Sequence record: SRR16203515_1241
Length of the DNA: 36,471 nt
Strand: one strand, 5' to 3'
The first letter of the stretch is position 1. Every line of letters begins with the position of its first letter. The translations under genes were made by a program, and so were the position numbers. Positions 9,382 through 20,090 of this stretch are shown piece by piece. The notes beneath the pieces are model-generated. The model had not been told where the DNA came from and did no database searches. It saw nothing but the letters and a program-made list of their open reading frames with translations.

Positions 9382-9431
9382 TGACGCAGTACCCGCGCTA
9401 TCACTGCGTGAACGGATAAGTTAGTCTCGCC

Positions 9432-10742
9432 ATGCGGATAACTCCCCAAAGCGCCTTTGGCCAGACCGTGATGCTTATTGGCATTTTGTTGCTGATAAAC
9501 CAGATCGTGTCTTACTTGTCAGTGACCTATTACTTTATTCAACCTAGCTATCAACAAATCAATAGCTTGCTTGCCACTCAAGTTAAAAGTGTGGTGGCCA
9601 ATGACTTACTCGTCAGCCATGAAAAACAGCGACAAAAATACTTTGAACGTACTTCCATTAAGGTGCTCGATAGTAGTCAGGCAAAGTCACAAGGGTTGAA
9701 TGATGCGGTGTACTATTCGTTTATTTCCTCGCAAGTCAGTGAGCAACTTAAGCAACTGGCCGACGTTCGTATCAGTACCGTTTCTCAGCAAACCGATGAT
9801 TCAGCACCTTATACCGTGTGGATATCCTTATCTCGCTACCCTGACACCTGGATTGCGATTCCGATTACTGGCCTAAACGAAGCCAATATTTCACCGCTCA
9901 CCATGTACCTTATGGTTATCGGCATTTTAAGTGTGGCCGGTGGCTGGCTATTTGTCCGGCGAATGACCCGTCCTTTGCTTGCACTGCAAAAAGCGGCACT
10001 TAACGTGGGTAAAGGTGAACATCCCGCGCCCTTAGCCGAGCAAGGTAGTACAGAAATGATCCAGGTGACCCGCGCCTTTAACAAAATGAACCAAGGTATA
10101 AAGCAACTAGAGCATGATCGCACGTTAATGACCGCGGGCATCTCGCATGACCTGCGTACGCCCCTTACTCGTATTCGCTTAGCCTCTGAGATGCTGCCTG
10201 AAGATCAGGATTGGATAAAAGAGGGCATCGTTAATGACATTGAAGATATGAATGCCATTATCGATCAATTTATTGACTATGCGCGCTATGACAGTGAGGA
10301 AGAAAAACAAGACACAGACTTGAACTTGCTGATTAGCGAACTGACCCATGCTCGACATATTGAGGAAGGCCACCACATAGAATTAAAGCTCAATCCATTG
10401 CCGTTTATCAGTGTGCGCCGCATTGCCATCAAACGCGTGGTGGACAACTTAATTGAAAACGCCTTTCGCTACGGCTCAGATAATATTGAAATTATCAGCT
10501 TTTATGACCGGCCTAAAAAACGTATCTATTGCAAAGTAAGAGACTTTGGCCCTGGGATCCCAGAACAGGAACTGGACAGTGTGTTTATGCCCTTTGCCCA
10601 AGGCAACAAGGCCCGAAGCTCCTCTGGCTCCGGGCTGGGGTTAGCCATTATTCGCCGAATTGTAGAAGGCCATGACGGCGAGGTTGTGCTAAAAAATCAC
10701 CCTGAACAAGGCCTGATCGCAGAGTTTTATTTACCTCTCTAG
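9432..10742 (+). CDS. envZ: Sensor histidine kinase EnvZ
   Basis: Two TM helices, a HAMP domain, H-box [15 protein letters not shown]-box [10 protein letters not shown] and G-boxes DFGPGI and GSGLGLAI; lies downstream of ompR. Confidence 0.95.
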   Translation: MRITPQSAFGQTVMLIGILLLINQIVSYLSVTYYFIQPSYQQINSLLATQVKSVVANDLLVSHEKQRQKYFERTSIKVLDSSQAKSQGLNDAVYYSFISSQVSEQLKQLADVRISTVSQQTDDSAPYTVWISLSRYPDTWIAIPITGLNEANISPLTMYLMVIGILSVAGGWLFVRRMTRPLLALQKAALNVGKGEHPAPLAEQGSTEMIQVTRAFNKMNQGIKQLEHDRTLMTAGISHDLRTPLTRIRLASEMLPEDQDWIKEGIVNDIEDMNAIIDQFIDYARYDSEEEKQDTDLNLLISELTHARHIEEGHHIELKLNPLPFISVRRIAIKRVVDNLIENAFRYGSDNIEIISFYDRPKKRIYCKVRDFGPGIPEQELDSVFMPFAQGNKARSSSGSGLGLAIIRRIVEGHDGEVVLKNHPEQGLIAEFYLPL

Positions 10743-11911
10743 CCGTGTTGCTGCTTCACCAATCGGCTATACCCCCAGGTGGCACACCATAAAATGCACC
10801 CACCCATGGGGATCACCCAAAATGCCGTGGTAAGAGGGGCATAATTAGCCCATAACCCGGTAGAAAAAGACGCCACCTGTACACCGGTAGAATTGCCAAT
10901 AATACAGATGCCGGACAAAACCGGGCCATTATTGCTGTCAATGTTCATGGCGGCGGATAACATCAGTGGAAACAAGCCTCCTAGCCCTAAGCCCAGCAAT
11001 AAATTTCCGGCGCCTATGCCATATAGGCTCGGCATAAGCTTAACGGCGAACACTCCACATAATGATGCGCTGGCCATAAACACCATTAAGCGATGTACCG
11101 ACACAAAGCGAAGCAAAAAGGGAAAGACTAAGCGGCTGACGACCATACCTGCGGTAAAACAGGCCAAAAGATGACGTGATTGGTCGCCGGTAAAACCAAT
11201 ACCATTTTGCGCATAGCTAACAAACCAATTCGCATTTCCAAACTCCACGGCGCCATAACCAAAACTAAGCAAGGCCATAAAGATAAAAATAGGTTGCTTG
11301 ATCACCGCCCCAAAGCTGAGGGTTTTGCGTTCGGTCTTAGGCTGGTCTTTTAGGATCTTGGCTTGCGAGCGTGCAGCCAGATAGGTGTAGCAAGATAAAC
11401 ACACCATGATCACACCAAGCACCTGAATAGGAAGACGCCAGTTTTGTGCCGACAAGTACAACAAGGAGACAAAAAACGAGGCAGCAAAAGTGCCTAAGCT
11501 AAACATAAAGTCCATTAACCCCATCATGGTAAAGCGCTTTTCTTCATACAGTCGCGCGATAAGGGTATGCCCTAGCGTAAATATGGTGGAACTGACGATA
11601 CCAATCAGCACAGCAATAAATAGCACCCATTGCCACAGGGTGAGTAAGGAAATGACCCACAACAGCAGCGCATTAATGCTGAGCAGGGAGGCTAAAAGTG
11701 GCATATGATCAAAGCGACTGACATATTTCCCACCCAGCACCGCGCCTAGCATCATGCCAATACTAAATAAGGAGAAAAATGCCCCGCTAACAAGCTCTGA
11801 CATGCGTAAGTCGGCAGCGATATCCGGAAGCAAAATACCCCACAAAATAAACAGCATACCAAGCAGAAAAAAACCTGAGAAAATAACAATAGTGACAGGG
11901 CGACGGCTCAT
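10739..11911 (-). CDS. MFS transporter (about 12 TM, TsgA/FucP-like)
   Basis: 390-aa hydrophobic protein with [20 protein letters not shown]...NW and GLGLGGLFP motifs; strong RBS AAGGAG. Confidence 0.82.
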   Translation of the reverse strand: MSRRPVTIVIFSGFFLLGMLFILWGILLPDIAADLRMSELVSGAFFSLFSIGMMLGAVLGGKYVSRFDHMPLLASLLSINALLLWVISLLTLWQWVLFIAVLIGIVSSTIFTLGHTLIARLYEEKRFTMMGLMDFMFSLGTFAASFFVSLLYLSAQNWRLPIQVLGVIMVCLSCYTYLAARSQAKILKDQPKTERKTLSFGAVIKQPIFIFMALLSFGYGAVEFGNANWFVSYAQNGIGFTGDQSRHLLACFTAGMVVSRLVFPFLLRFVSVHRLMVFMASASLCGVFAVKLMPSLYGIGAGNLLLGLGLGGLFPLMLSAAMNIDSNNGPVLSGICIIGNSTGVQVASFSTGLWANYAPLTTAFWVIPMGGCILWCATWGYSRLVKQQHG

Positions 11912-12063
11912 CCGCTCTCCTTTAAAGACAATAGAAAGTTGCGCAGTAACGCATGATAATAGGTAGGGTAATTGTTATTTTTTGAGGTTGATGCCTGCGA
12001 TGGGCATCGAGGCGTGTAGCCTACGCCTTTAGTATAAGGCAAACAAGCATTTCGCTGAAATAT

Positions 12064-12089
12064 AAAAAAGCCCACGACAATGCGTGGGC
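12064..12089 (-). terminator. Rho-independent terminator downstream of pckA
   Basis: On the minus strand: GCCCACG-CATTGT-CGTGGGC-TTTTTT. Confidence 0.85.
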
Positions 12090-12204
12090 AAAACATCAAT
12101 CACATCAGTAGTGATGAACGTTGGGAAGGGGGAGGATTAGATCCCCATTCACCTCACTCAACCAAACCTAGCCATGGCGAGCGCTAGGTTCAGTTAAGCA
12201 AGAT

Positions 12205-13767
12205 TTAGTGGCCAGGTCCCGCCTTAACAATAGCCTCATTTACCTCGTACTTCGCGAAGTTTTGCTTAAACTCTGCGACCAAATTAGCGGCAAATTCGTC
12301 ATACTTATTCCCATCTTGCCAGGTATTTTTAGGCACAAGCAACTGACTATCTACCCCGGGTACGGCAACCGGCACAGCTAAGTTTAGGCTATCAATGTGC
12401 TGAGTTTCTACGTTGGCCAACTCACCTGACACTATGGCATCAATAATGGCTCGGGTGGTGGGAATATTAAATCGTTGCCCGGTGCCATAAGGGCCACCGG
12501 TCCAGCCAGTATTCACTAAGTACACTTTAGCGCCGAACGCTTTCACCCGTTTGATTAGTAGCTCAGCATAAACCGCCGCAGGACGGGGGAAGAAGGGCGC
12601 ACCAAAACAGGTAGAGAAGGTGGACTCGATATCTGCGGTTGAGCCAATTTCCGTTGAGCCAACTTTAGCAGTGTAGCCACTTAAAAAGTGGTAAGCCGCA
12701 GCTTCTTCACTTAATACTGAAACTGGGGGTAATACGCCACTGACGTCACAAGTTAAAAACACCACAGAACGAGGTTCACCACCCCGATTTTCTGCCACGC
12801 GTTTATCAATATGGGTTAATGGATAGGCGGCACGAGAGTTTTGCGTCAAGCTAGTATCGCTGTAATCTGGAGCTCTATTTTCATCCAGCACCACATTTTC
12901 TAAAATAGTGCCAAACTTGATGGCATTCCAGATAACCGGCTCATTTTTCTCTGAGAGGTCGATACACTTAGCGTAGCACCCACCTTCGATATTAAATACA
13001 CTGCCCGCGCCCCAGCCATGCTCATCATCACCGATCAAAAAGCGTTTAGGGTCGGCTGAAAGCGTAGTTTTACCGGTACCGGATAAACCAAAGAATAAGG
13101 TAACGTCACCTTGCTCACCCACATTGGCCGAACAATGCATAGGCAAAATATCTTTCGCCGGCAATAAAAAGTTTTGCACCGAAAACATGGCTTTTTTCAT
13201 TTCGCCGGCATAGCGCATACCCGCGATAAGCACACGTTTCGCTGCAAAGTTGATAATAACCGTACCGTCACTATTGGTGCCATCACGGGCCGGATCGCAG
13301 ACAAAGCCAGGTACGTTCAATACTTGCCAAGGTTGCTCCTGCTGTGGGTTCCACTCATCAGGGATAATAAATAGGTTACGCGCAAAAACATGCTGCCACG
13401 CGGTCTGCGTTCTTACCTCAAGGGGCAATGCGTGGGCAGGGTCGGCGCCAACTTGCAGATGAGAAAGAAAGTGCTCTTGGGTATTTAGGTAGGCTTCCAC
13501 CCTGTCCCACAGCGCATCAAATTTGTCAGCATCGAATGGTTTGTTAACTTTTCCCCAGTCGATGTCATTTTCGGTGCTGGACTCTTTAACAATAAATCTG
13601 TCGTTAGGTGAGCGTCCTGTTCTTGCTCCCGTCTCAACCACTAAAGCTCCGTTTTTATCAAGAACGCCTTCGCCGCGTTTTACCGCGCGCTCAATTAGTT
13701 CTGCGTTAGGTAAATCCACCAGTGGTGAAACCTTTAAATCTGTCTGCAAAGACGCTGCCGCACTCAT
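12205..13767 (-). CDS. pckA: Phosphoenolpyruvate carboxykinase (ATP)
   Basis: [47 protein letters not shown] and FSTCFGAPF motifs. Confidence 0.98.
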   Translation of the reverse strand: MSAAASLQTDLKVSPLVDLPNAELIERAVKRGEGVLDKNGALVVETGARTGRSPNDRFIVKESSTENDIDWGKVNKPFDADKFDALWDRVEAYLNTQEHFLSHLQVGADPAHALPLEVRTQTAWQHVFARNLFIIPDEWNPQQEQPWQVLNVPGFVCDPARDGTNSDGTVIINFAAKRVLIAGMRYAGEMKKAMFSVQNFLLPAKDILPMHCSANVGEQGDVTLFFGLSGTGKTTLSADPKRFLIGDDEHGWGAGSVFNIEGGCYAKCIDLSEKNEPVIWNAIKFGTILENVVLDENRAPDYSDTSLTQNSRAAYPLTHIDKRVAENRGGEPRSVVFLTCDVSGVLPPVSVLSEEAAAYHFLSGYTAKVGSTEIGSTADIESTFSTCFGAPFFPRPAAVYAELLIKRVKAFGAKVYLVNTGWTGGPYGTGQRFNIPTTRAIIDAIVSGELANVETQHIDSLNLAVPVAVPGVDSQLLVPKNTWQDGNKYDEFAANLVAEFKQNFAKYEVNEAIVKAGPGH

Positions 13768-13902
13768 AGCCGTAACCCCTAATGTAATATTTCAAAAGCA
13801 CTTTCAAAAAGTAACACTCTAATAAGCATAAAGTAAACAGCGACATTAGGTATATTCTCATACTGGATAATGACTATTTAGCCAGCTTAACTTTCATAAA
13901 TA

Positions 13903-13919
13903 TTGTAAAAAAATTACAA
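13903..13919. promoter_or_regulatory. Palindromic operator upstream of pckA, HexR-like
   Basis: TTGTAA-AAAAA-TTACAA. The minus-strand core TGTAATTTTTTTACA differs at one position from the Shewanella-type HexR consensus TGTAATwwwATTACA as I recall it. Confidence 0.6.
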
Positions 13920-14005
13920 GTGAACGATAAAAGCTGCATAATCATGCATAGCAGGCTGGAGGAAGCGTTGCTTTTTAATTTGTTTCAAAATGTGTTGATA
14001 CCAAC

Positions 14006-14041
14006 AAAAACGCCCCTGTTGCTAAGCTAGCAACAGGGGCG
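14006..14041 (-). terminator. Rho-independent terminator of hslR-hslO
   Basis: Perfect 14-bp stem CGCCCCTGTTGCTA/TAGCAACAGGGGCG with a 3-nt loop, followed by TTTTT on the minus strand. Confidence 0.9.
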
Positions 14042-14061
14042 CATTACCCGAGCTTATATAT

Positions 14062-14961
14062 TTACTGATTGGTATCTGAGGTTGGCATATTGCCACTGTG
14101 GATGGCCTCTACATCAATACTGTCGAAGCGATACTCGGTGTGGCAATATTGGCAATTCATCTTAATTGCCCCTTCTTCTTCAATAATCGCCATTAACTCG
14201 GCTTTTTCTACATGACGTAACGCTTCGGCACTGCGCGCTTTTGAACAGGTACAGGCAAAGCTTACGGCTTGGGCTGGATACACCTCGACGTCTTCTTGGT
14301 GATACAAACGGTGCAAAATATCTTCTACCGACAAGGCGAACATTTCCTCTTCGGTGAGCGTCTCGGTAAGTGCCGCAATGTGTTCAAACTCATTGGCTTG
14401 CGATACGTCGGTGGCGCTGGCATCAGTGGGTAATACTTGTAATAACACCCCCGCACCTTTTACATTTTCAGGGTCTTGCAGATCAGTCATAAGATGAACC
14501 CGAGTGGCTAATTGCTCTGACTGCGCAAAATATTCCTCAAGGCATTCCGCCAAGCTCGGCTTCTCTAACGCCACCACACCTTGATAGCGCTCCCCTTCAT
14601 CAGGGGTAATGGTCATGACCAACACCGCCTCTTTCAACAGGTCGCTAAATGACTCAGGCAGGCTAGCCAGAGTCTCATCCCAGCGTGCCACGCCTCTTAG
14701 TGTTTGATTATGAGTGGCATTGATAACCGCGTAACTCACCGGGCCTTTGCTTTGAATTTGCAGCGCAATTTCACCTTTAAACTTCAATGTGGCCGTTAAT
14801 AACGAAGTGGCCGCGGCCATTTCGCTTAACAAGCGTTGAATTTGAACCGGGTATTCGTAGCTATGCACAATATGATTCAAACTTTCGTCAAGACGAACCA
14901 GTTCACCCCGTACATTGGCGTTAGGAAAAATAAAACGATGTAATTTATCGAAAGCACTCAT
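14062..14961 (-). CDS. hslO: Redox-regulated chaperone Hsp33
   Basis: VRGELV, LLTATLKF, YQGVV and YFAQSEQL motifs; zinc-binding CTC...CQYC. Confidence 0.96.
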   Translation of the reverse strand: MSAFDKLHRFIFPNANVRGELVRLDESLNHIVHSYEYPVQIQRLLSEMAAATSLLTATLKFKGEIALQIQSKGPVSYAVINATHNQTLRGVARWDETLASLPESFSDLLKEAVLVMTITPDEGERYQGVVALEKPSLAECLEEYFAQSEQLATRVHLMTDLQDPENVKGAGVLLQVLPTDASATDVSQANEFEHIAALTETLTEEEMFALSVEDILHRLYHQEDVEVYPAQAVSFACTCSKARSAEALRHVEKAELMAIIEEEGAIKMNCQYCHTEYRFDSIDVEAIHSGNMPTSDTNQ

Positions 14962-14985
14962 AAGCTAATCCTGTTATACAGCACA

Positions 14986-15390
14986 TTATTGCTGTTTAAA
15001 TTTAATAATTTGGCGGCGTTGTTTTTTGTCCGGTCGATGATCAGGCTTAGGGCTATGGAAGGCGTTTAATTTACGTGCCGCCTGATTTTCTTCACGTTTG
15101 CTTACGCTTTCTGCCGTTTCTTCGTAAAGATCTTGTGCCAGTGCTGCGCCAAGCCGCTTATCACTTAGCCCTAATACGCGAATTTCACGAATATCCCACC
15201 CTGCGGGAACTTTTATCATCGCACCAAGCTCTACTGTTTTACTTGGCTTAGCTCGTTGGCCGTTGTAGTGTACTTTCCCTGACTGAACCATCTCTCTGGC
15301 GATGGCACGGGTCTTACAGAACCTCGCTGCCCATAGCCATTTGTCTAGCCTAATATTTTGTGAAGCATCAGTGATTTGTTGTTTAGCCAT
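14986..15390 (-). CDS. hslR: Ribosome-associated heat shock protein Hsp15
   Basis: S4 domain RLDKWLWAARF.KTR, LYEET and RPDKKQRR; lies upstream of hslO. Confidence 0.96.
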   Translation of the reverse strand: MAKQQITDASQNIRLDKWLWAARFCKTRAIAREMVQSGKVHYNGQRAKPSKTVELGAMIKVPAGWDIREIRVLGLSDKRLGAALAQDLYEETAESVSKREENQAARKLNAFHSPKPDHRPDKKQRRQIIKFKQQ

Positions 15391-15421
15391 GTATTAATTT
15401 CGTAACGGTGAGGCTTTAGTA

Positions 15422-15451
15422 TTGTGACCCCTACCTTTACTAGGCTATCAT
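15422..15451 (+). promoter_or_regulatory. Possible sigma70 promoter of the gsp operon
   Basis: TTGTGA-18 nt-TATCAT in the divergent hslR/gspC spacer. Confidence 0.3.
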
Positions 15452-15516
15452 GGGTCGGCCAAAGCGCGGTTAACTAAAATTTTACTTTTAATAAAAGCAG
15501 TACCATCAGTGGCAGC

Positions 15517-16458
15517 ATGACATTCAATAAAATCAATCCACAATCTCTGGTTGTTTACGTAAACCAGCATCAGAAACAACTGCATACGCTTATTGTCGTG
15601 CTGTTGAGCCTGTACCTCATCGCATTCGCTGCCAAGCTTCTATGGCGAATTATACCTGAACCACAGTTATCTGCGACTACCCAAGTTACGCGAACACCCG
15701 TCGCAACTTCGGCATCACAGCAAGGTGGGGTCAACCTTAATAAAATACAACAGCTAAATTTATTTGGTGATGCGGCAGCTGCCCCTAAAGTAGTGGAAGA
15801 AGCACCGGTTACCGACGCGCCTGAAACCCGCCTTAACCTTACCCTTACCGGCGTCGTGGCCAGTTCTGAAGAGTCAGCCGGCACTGCGGTAATTGAAAAC
15901 AGAAACAATCAGTTGGTGTACGGCTTAGGGGATAAAATAGAAGGTACCAACGCCACCCTCAAGCAGGTGTATGCGGACAGAGTAATTATTAAAAATGGGG
16001 TACGTAATGAAACCTTGATGTTAGAAGGTATCGATTACGACGAAGCCAATAAGAAGCGGCAGCAACGCGCTCAGCGTCAACCTGCTCCCGCCCCCATTAC
16101 CCCTGATGAAAGCGAAGATACCCGCCAAATTAGCGGCGAAGCGCTACTGGTCACCCAATCTTTACGGGAGCGACCAGCCAGTTTCACCGACTTTATATCG
16201 ATTTCACCAAAGTCCCAGGAAGGTCAGCTTATCGGCTATCAGGTTGGCCCCGGCATGGATCCCACACTGTTTAAATCTGCTGGCCTTAAGGCCGGGGATG
16301 TAGTTAGCCAAATTAATGGGTTGGACCTAACCGACATGCAGCAATCGCAGGAAGCGCTAGCCGCACTGAGAACGGCCCAATCCCTTGAACTTACGATAAT
16401 TCGTGATGGTAGCCTGACCACGCTCTATCTGGATTTACCAGAGCCTTCAGACGAATAA
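15517..16458 (+). CDS. gspC: T2SS protein GspC
   Basis: One TM helix, HR domain (APETRLNLTLTGVVAS) and a C-terminal PDZ domain (GLKAGDVVSQINGLDL); first gene of the cluster. Confidence 0.93.
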   Translation: MTFNKINPQSLVVYVNQHQKQLHTLIVVLLSLYLIAFAAKLLWRIIPEPQLSATTQVTRTPVATSASQQGGVNLNKIQQLNLFGDAAAAPKVVEEAPVTDAPETRLNLTLTGVVASSEESAGTAVIENRNNQLVYGLGDKIEGTNATLKQVYADRVIIKNGVRNETLMLEGIDYDEANKKRQQRAQRQPAPAPITPDESEDTRQISGEALLVTQSLRERPASFTDFISISPKSQEGQLIGYQVGPGMDPTLFKSAGLKAGDVVSQINGLDLTDMQQSQEALAALRTAQSLELTIIRDGSLTTLYLDLPEPSDE

Positions 16459-16476
16459 GAAATAAAGGAAGACAGA

Positions 16477-18522
16477 ATGAAAAGGCGCCCTAGCCACAAG
16501 ATCCTCTCTCGCTTAAGTACTGCACTGTGCACCGCGCTTCTGTGTTTTTCAGTGACGGCTGCCGAGTACATGCCTAACTTTAAAGATACCGATATTAATG
16601 AATTTATTAATATTGTCGGCAAGAACTTATCCCGTACCATTATTGTAGACCCCAATGTGAGGGGCAAAATAAGTGTACGCAGTTACGATATGCTCAGCGA
16701 AGAGCAGTACTACCAATTCTTTTTGAATGTGTTGCAAGTGTACGACTTTGCAGTGGTTGAAATGCCTACTGGAATTTTAAAGGTAGTACGCTCGAAAGAC
16801 GCAAAAACCTCAAATATTCCTGTGGTTGAAGGCTCGGCACGAGACGGCGACGAAATGATTACTCGTGTGGTACCGGTTTACAATGTACCAGTACGTGAAC
16901 TGGCGCCAATCTTACGCCAGCTTAATGACCAAGCCGGTGGTGGCAACGTGGTCAGCCACGATCCTTCCAATGTGATGATGCTCACCGGCCGCGCGGCTGT
17001 GGTGAATCGTTTAGTAGAGATTATTGAACGGGTTGACCGAGCGGGCGATGAAGAAGTTGAAATAGTAAAACTACGCTACGCGTCCGCCTCCGAGATGGTC
17101 CGCATTATTGAAAGCATCAATAAGTCGCAAGGAAAAGCCAGCACAGCGGGTAAATCTGAACCTCGCGTGGTTGCCGATGACAGAACCAACTCGGTGATTG
17201 TCAGTGGTGATATTAAAGCCCGTCAGCGTCTTATTAACCTAATTCAAAAAATGGATCAGGAGCTAGAAACTAACGGTAATACCCGCGTACTGTTTCTTAA
17301 CTACGCCAAGGCCGATGACCTAGTAAAAGTATTGCAAGGGGTGTCAGCGAGTATTCAGGCCGAAGAGCAAAGCGGTGGCACTACCCGCCGTGCATCGGCT
17401 AACCGTGAAATTAGTATTGATGCTCACCAAGACTCTAATGCCATCGTGATCACCGCCGAACCGGATATGATGCGCTCCTTAGAAGATGTGGTACGTCAAC
17501 TCGATATCCGTCGTGCCCAAGTGCAGGTAGAAGCTATCATCGTTGAGATCTTCGAGGGTGACGGCACCACATTTGGTGTGCAATGGGTGTCAGAAGAAGG
17601 CGGCGGTACCCAATTTAACAATGGTATCGTGCCGGTGGGCTCACTGGCTGTGGCTATCGAAGAAGCGGCACAAACCACAGAAACCGAAACTTATGTTTCT
17701 GACGACGGCTCGCCGTACACGGTGACCAATACCAGTGACGGTGACTACACCTCATTAGCCAGCCTCCTTGGCGGTGCCAACGGGCTGATTGCCGGCATTA
17801 TTGAAGATGGCTGGGGCGCAGTGGTACAAGCGGTGAGTTCAGACACCAACTCCAATATTCTGGCAACACCTCACTTAACTACCATGGATAATGAAGAAGC
17901 CTTCTTTATCGTGGGTCAAGAGGTGCCTATTATTACCGGCACCACCACAGGCTCGAACAACTCCAATCCGTTCCAGACCGTGGATCGTCAGGAAGTGGGT
18001 ATTAAACTTAAAGTCACCCCACAAATTAACGAAGGGGACGCGGTTCAGTTATTAATTGAACAAGAAGTGTCTAGCGTTAGTGGTGCCACCTCAGTGGACA
18101 TTTCCATCAATAAACGGGAAATTAAAACCACCGTGATTGTGGATGATGGCGGCACTATTGTACTTGGCGGCTTAATTGACGAGGACGTGCAGGAAAGTGT
18201 TTCTAAAGTGCCACTGCTTGGTGATATTCCAGTATTGGGTCACTTGTTTAAATCTACCTCTACCACCAAGCGTAAGCGTAACCTGATGGTCTTCTTAAAG
18301 CCCACCATTGTGCGCGATGGTGCCACCATGAATGCCATCAGCCATCGTAAATATAACTATATTCGCGCCCTTCAGTTGAAGCGTCAGCAAGAAGGTATTT
18401 CGTTAATGCCTACCGAAGAAACGCCAACCATGCCTAACTGGGATGACCAACTGTCTCTGCCGCCTTCATTTGAAGAATACTTGACGGAAAAAGAGCAGCT
18501 AAAAGAAGAAGGCAACGAATAA
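16477..18522 (+). CDS. gspD: T2SS secretin GspD
   Basis: Signal peptide, N0 [39 protein letters not shown] and [15 protein letters not shown]. Confidence 0.97.
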   Translation: MKRRPSHKILSRLSTALCTALLCFSVTAAEYMPNFKDTDINEFINIVGKNLSRTIIVDPNVRGKISVRSYDMLSEEQYYQFFLNVLQVYDFAVVEMPTGILKVVRSKDAKTSNIPVVEGSARDGDEMITRVVPVYNVPVRELAPILRQLNDQAGGGNVVSHDPSNVMMLTGRAAVVNRLVEIIERVDRAGDEEVEIVKLRYASASEMVRIIESINKSQGKASTAGKSEPRVVADDRTNSVIVSGDIKARQRLINLIQKMDQELETNGNTRVLFLNYAKADDLVKVLQGVSASIQAEEQSGGTTRRASANREISIDAHQDSNAIVITAEPDMMRSLEDVVRQLDIRRAQVQVEAIIVEIFEGDGTTFGVQWVSEEGGGTQFNNGIVPVGSLAVAIEEAAQTTETETYVSDDGSPYTVTNTSDGDYTSLASLLGGANGLIAGIIEDGWGAVVQAVSSDTNSNILATPHLTTMDNEEAFFIVGQEVPIITGTTTGSNNSNPFQTVDRQEVGIKLKVTPQINEGDAVQLLIEQEVSSVSGATSVDISINKREIKTTVIVDDGGTIVLGGLIDEDVQESVSKVPLLGDIPVLGHLFKSTSTTKRKRNLMVFLKPTIVRDGATMNAISHRKYNYIRALQLKRQQEGISLMPTEETPTMPNWDDQLSLPPSFEEYLTEKEQLKEEGNE

Positions 18523-18523
18523 G

Positions 18524-20089
18524 ATGGCCGGGCAAGACGAACAGCTAACCTTAGCAGTAGCAGCGCAAGAAGAAGCGCTAGAAGCCATGGGCCCAGACGA
18601 AGGGGTGCCTGAAGCGCCCCCTGGCCCTAAGCAACTGTCGTTTAGCTTTGCCAAGCGTAACCAAGTATTGTTGGAAACTAACGAAGAGCCAGCAGTGCTG
18701 TATTTTACAGAAAATACACCGTTTGAAATTTTTGCCGAAGTTCGTCGTTTTTACGGCGAACCTTTTGTTCCTAAAACCATTGCTGCCGATGAATTTGAAA
18801 ATCTGCTGACCAGCGCGTTCCAACGGGATAGCTCGGCGGCTAAGCAGCTGATGGAAGACTTAGGCAACGAAAGTGACTTATTTGCCTTAGCAGAAGATTT
18901 GCCCGACACCGAAGACCTGCTAGATAACGAAGATGATGCACCTATCATCAAGCTTATCAATGCCATGTTAGGTGAGGCCATCAAAGAAGGCGCATCGGAC
19001 ATTCACATTGAAACCTTTGAAAACCAACTTGTGGTGCGTTTTCGGGTAGATGGGGTACTACGGGAAATTTTGCGCCCCAATAGAAAGCTATCGTCTATGT
19101 TGGTGTCGCGTATCAAGGTCATGGCGAAGTTAGATATCGCCGAGAAACGGGTGCCGCAGGATGGTCGTATTACTTTGCGTATTGCCGGGCGTGCGGTTGA
19201 TGTGCGGGTATCCACCATGCCATCGAGTCACGGCGAACGGGTTGTGTTGCGGTTATTAGATAAAAATAATGCCCGCCTCAATTTGCAAGACTTAGGCATG
19301 ACCCAAGACAATCGGGATCATTTCTCCACCCTTATCAGAAAGCCCCATGGCATTATATTGGTCACCGGCCCCACAGGTTCAGGTAAAAGTACCACCTTGT
19401 ATGCGGGCTTAAGTGAAATTAATTCACGCGATCGTAATATCCTCACCGTTGAGGACCCGATTGAATTTGATTTACCCGGCATAGGCCAGACGCAAGTTAA
19501 CCCTCGAGTTGATATGACCTTTGCCCGCGGCCTACGCGCTATTCTTCGACAAGATCCCGATGTGGTGATGGTAGGGGAAATTCGAGATATCGAAACCGCG
19601 CAAATTGCCGTACAGGCGAGTTTGACGGGTCACTTGGTACTCTCAACCTTACATACCAATACAGCAGCAGGGGCAATTACCCGCTTAGAAGATATGGGTA
19701 TCGAGCCTTTCTTACTGTCGTCGAGTTTGTTAGCGGTGTTATCGCAGCGCTTGGTACGTACCTTGTGTGCTGACTGCAAAATACCACACACCCCAGACCA
19801 GCAAGAAAAAGAGGTGCTGGGTATTGCCGCAGATGAGGATATTACTATCTATTCTCCCCATGGTTGTGCGGCTTGTAATCAAACCGGATATCGTGGTCGT
19901 ACCGGTATCCATGAGTTGCTGTTGGTGGATGAAAAAATTCGTGAAATGATGCACGAAGGCGTAGGCGAACAAGCGATTGAAAAGCACATTCGTCAAAGTA
20001 CACCAAGCATTCGAGAAGATGGCTGTCGCAAGGTGCTATCTGGCGTTACCGCATTAGAAGAAGTCTTGCGCGTTACCAGAGAGGATTAG
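18524..20089 (+). CDS. gspE: T2SS ATPase GspE
   Basis: ASDIHIE, Walker [25 protein letters not shown], His box [11 protein letters not shown] and two CxxC zinc motifs. Confidence 0.97.
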   Translation: MAGQDEQLTLAVAAQEEALEAMGPDEGVPEAPPGPKQLSFSFAKRNQVLLETNEEPAVLYFTENTPFEIFAEVRRFYGEPFVPKTIAADEFENLLTSAFQRDSSAAKQLMEDLGNESDLFALAEDLPDTEDLLDNEDDAPIIKLINAMLGEAIKEGASDIHIETFENQLVVRFRVDGVLREILRPNRKLSSMLVSRIKVMAKLDIAEKRVPQDGRITLRIAGRAVDVRVSTMPSSHGERVVLRLLDKNNARLNLQDLGMTQDNRDHFSTLIRKPHGIILVTGPTGSGKSTTLYAGLSEINSRDRNILTVEDPIEFDLPGIGQTQVNPRVDMTFARGLRAILRQDPDVVMVGEIRDIETAQIAVQASLTGHLVLSTLHTNTAAGAITRLEDMGIEPFLLSSSLLAVLSQRLVRTLCADCKIPHTPDQQEKEVLGIAADEDITIYSPHGCAACNQTGYRGRTGIHELLLVDEKIREMMHEGVGEQAIEKHIRQSTPSIREDGCRKVLSGVTALEEVLRVTRED

Positions 20090-20090
20090 C

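Noticed and set aside
11908..12099. 63-aa minus-strand ORF abutting the MFS start as a leader peptide
   Set aside because: It runs through the pckA terminator, has no evident RBS, and its composition is unremarkable.
15391..15516. sigma32 promoter for hslR-hslO
   Set aside because: Only a partial CCCAT is present on the minus strand, with no CTTGAA-like -35 at suitable spacing.
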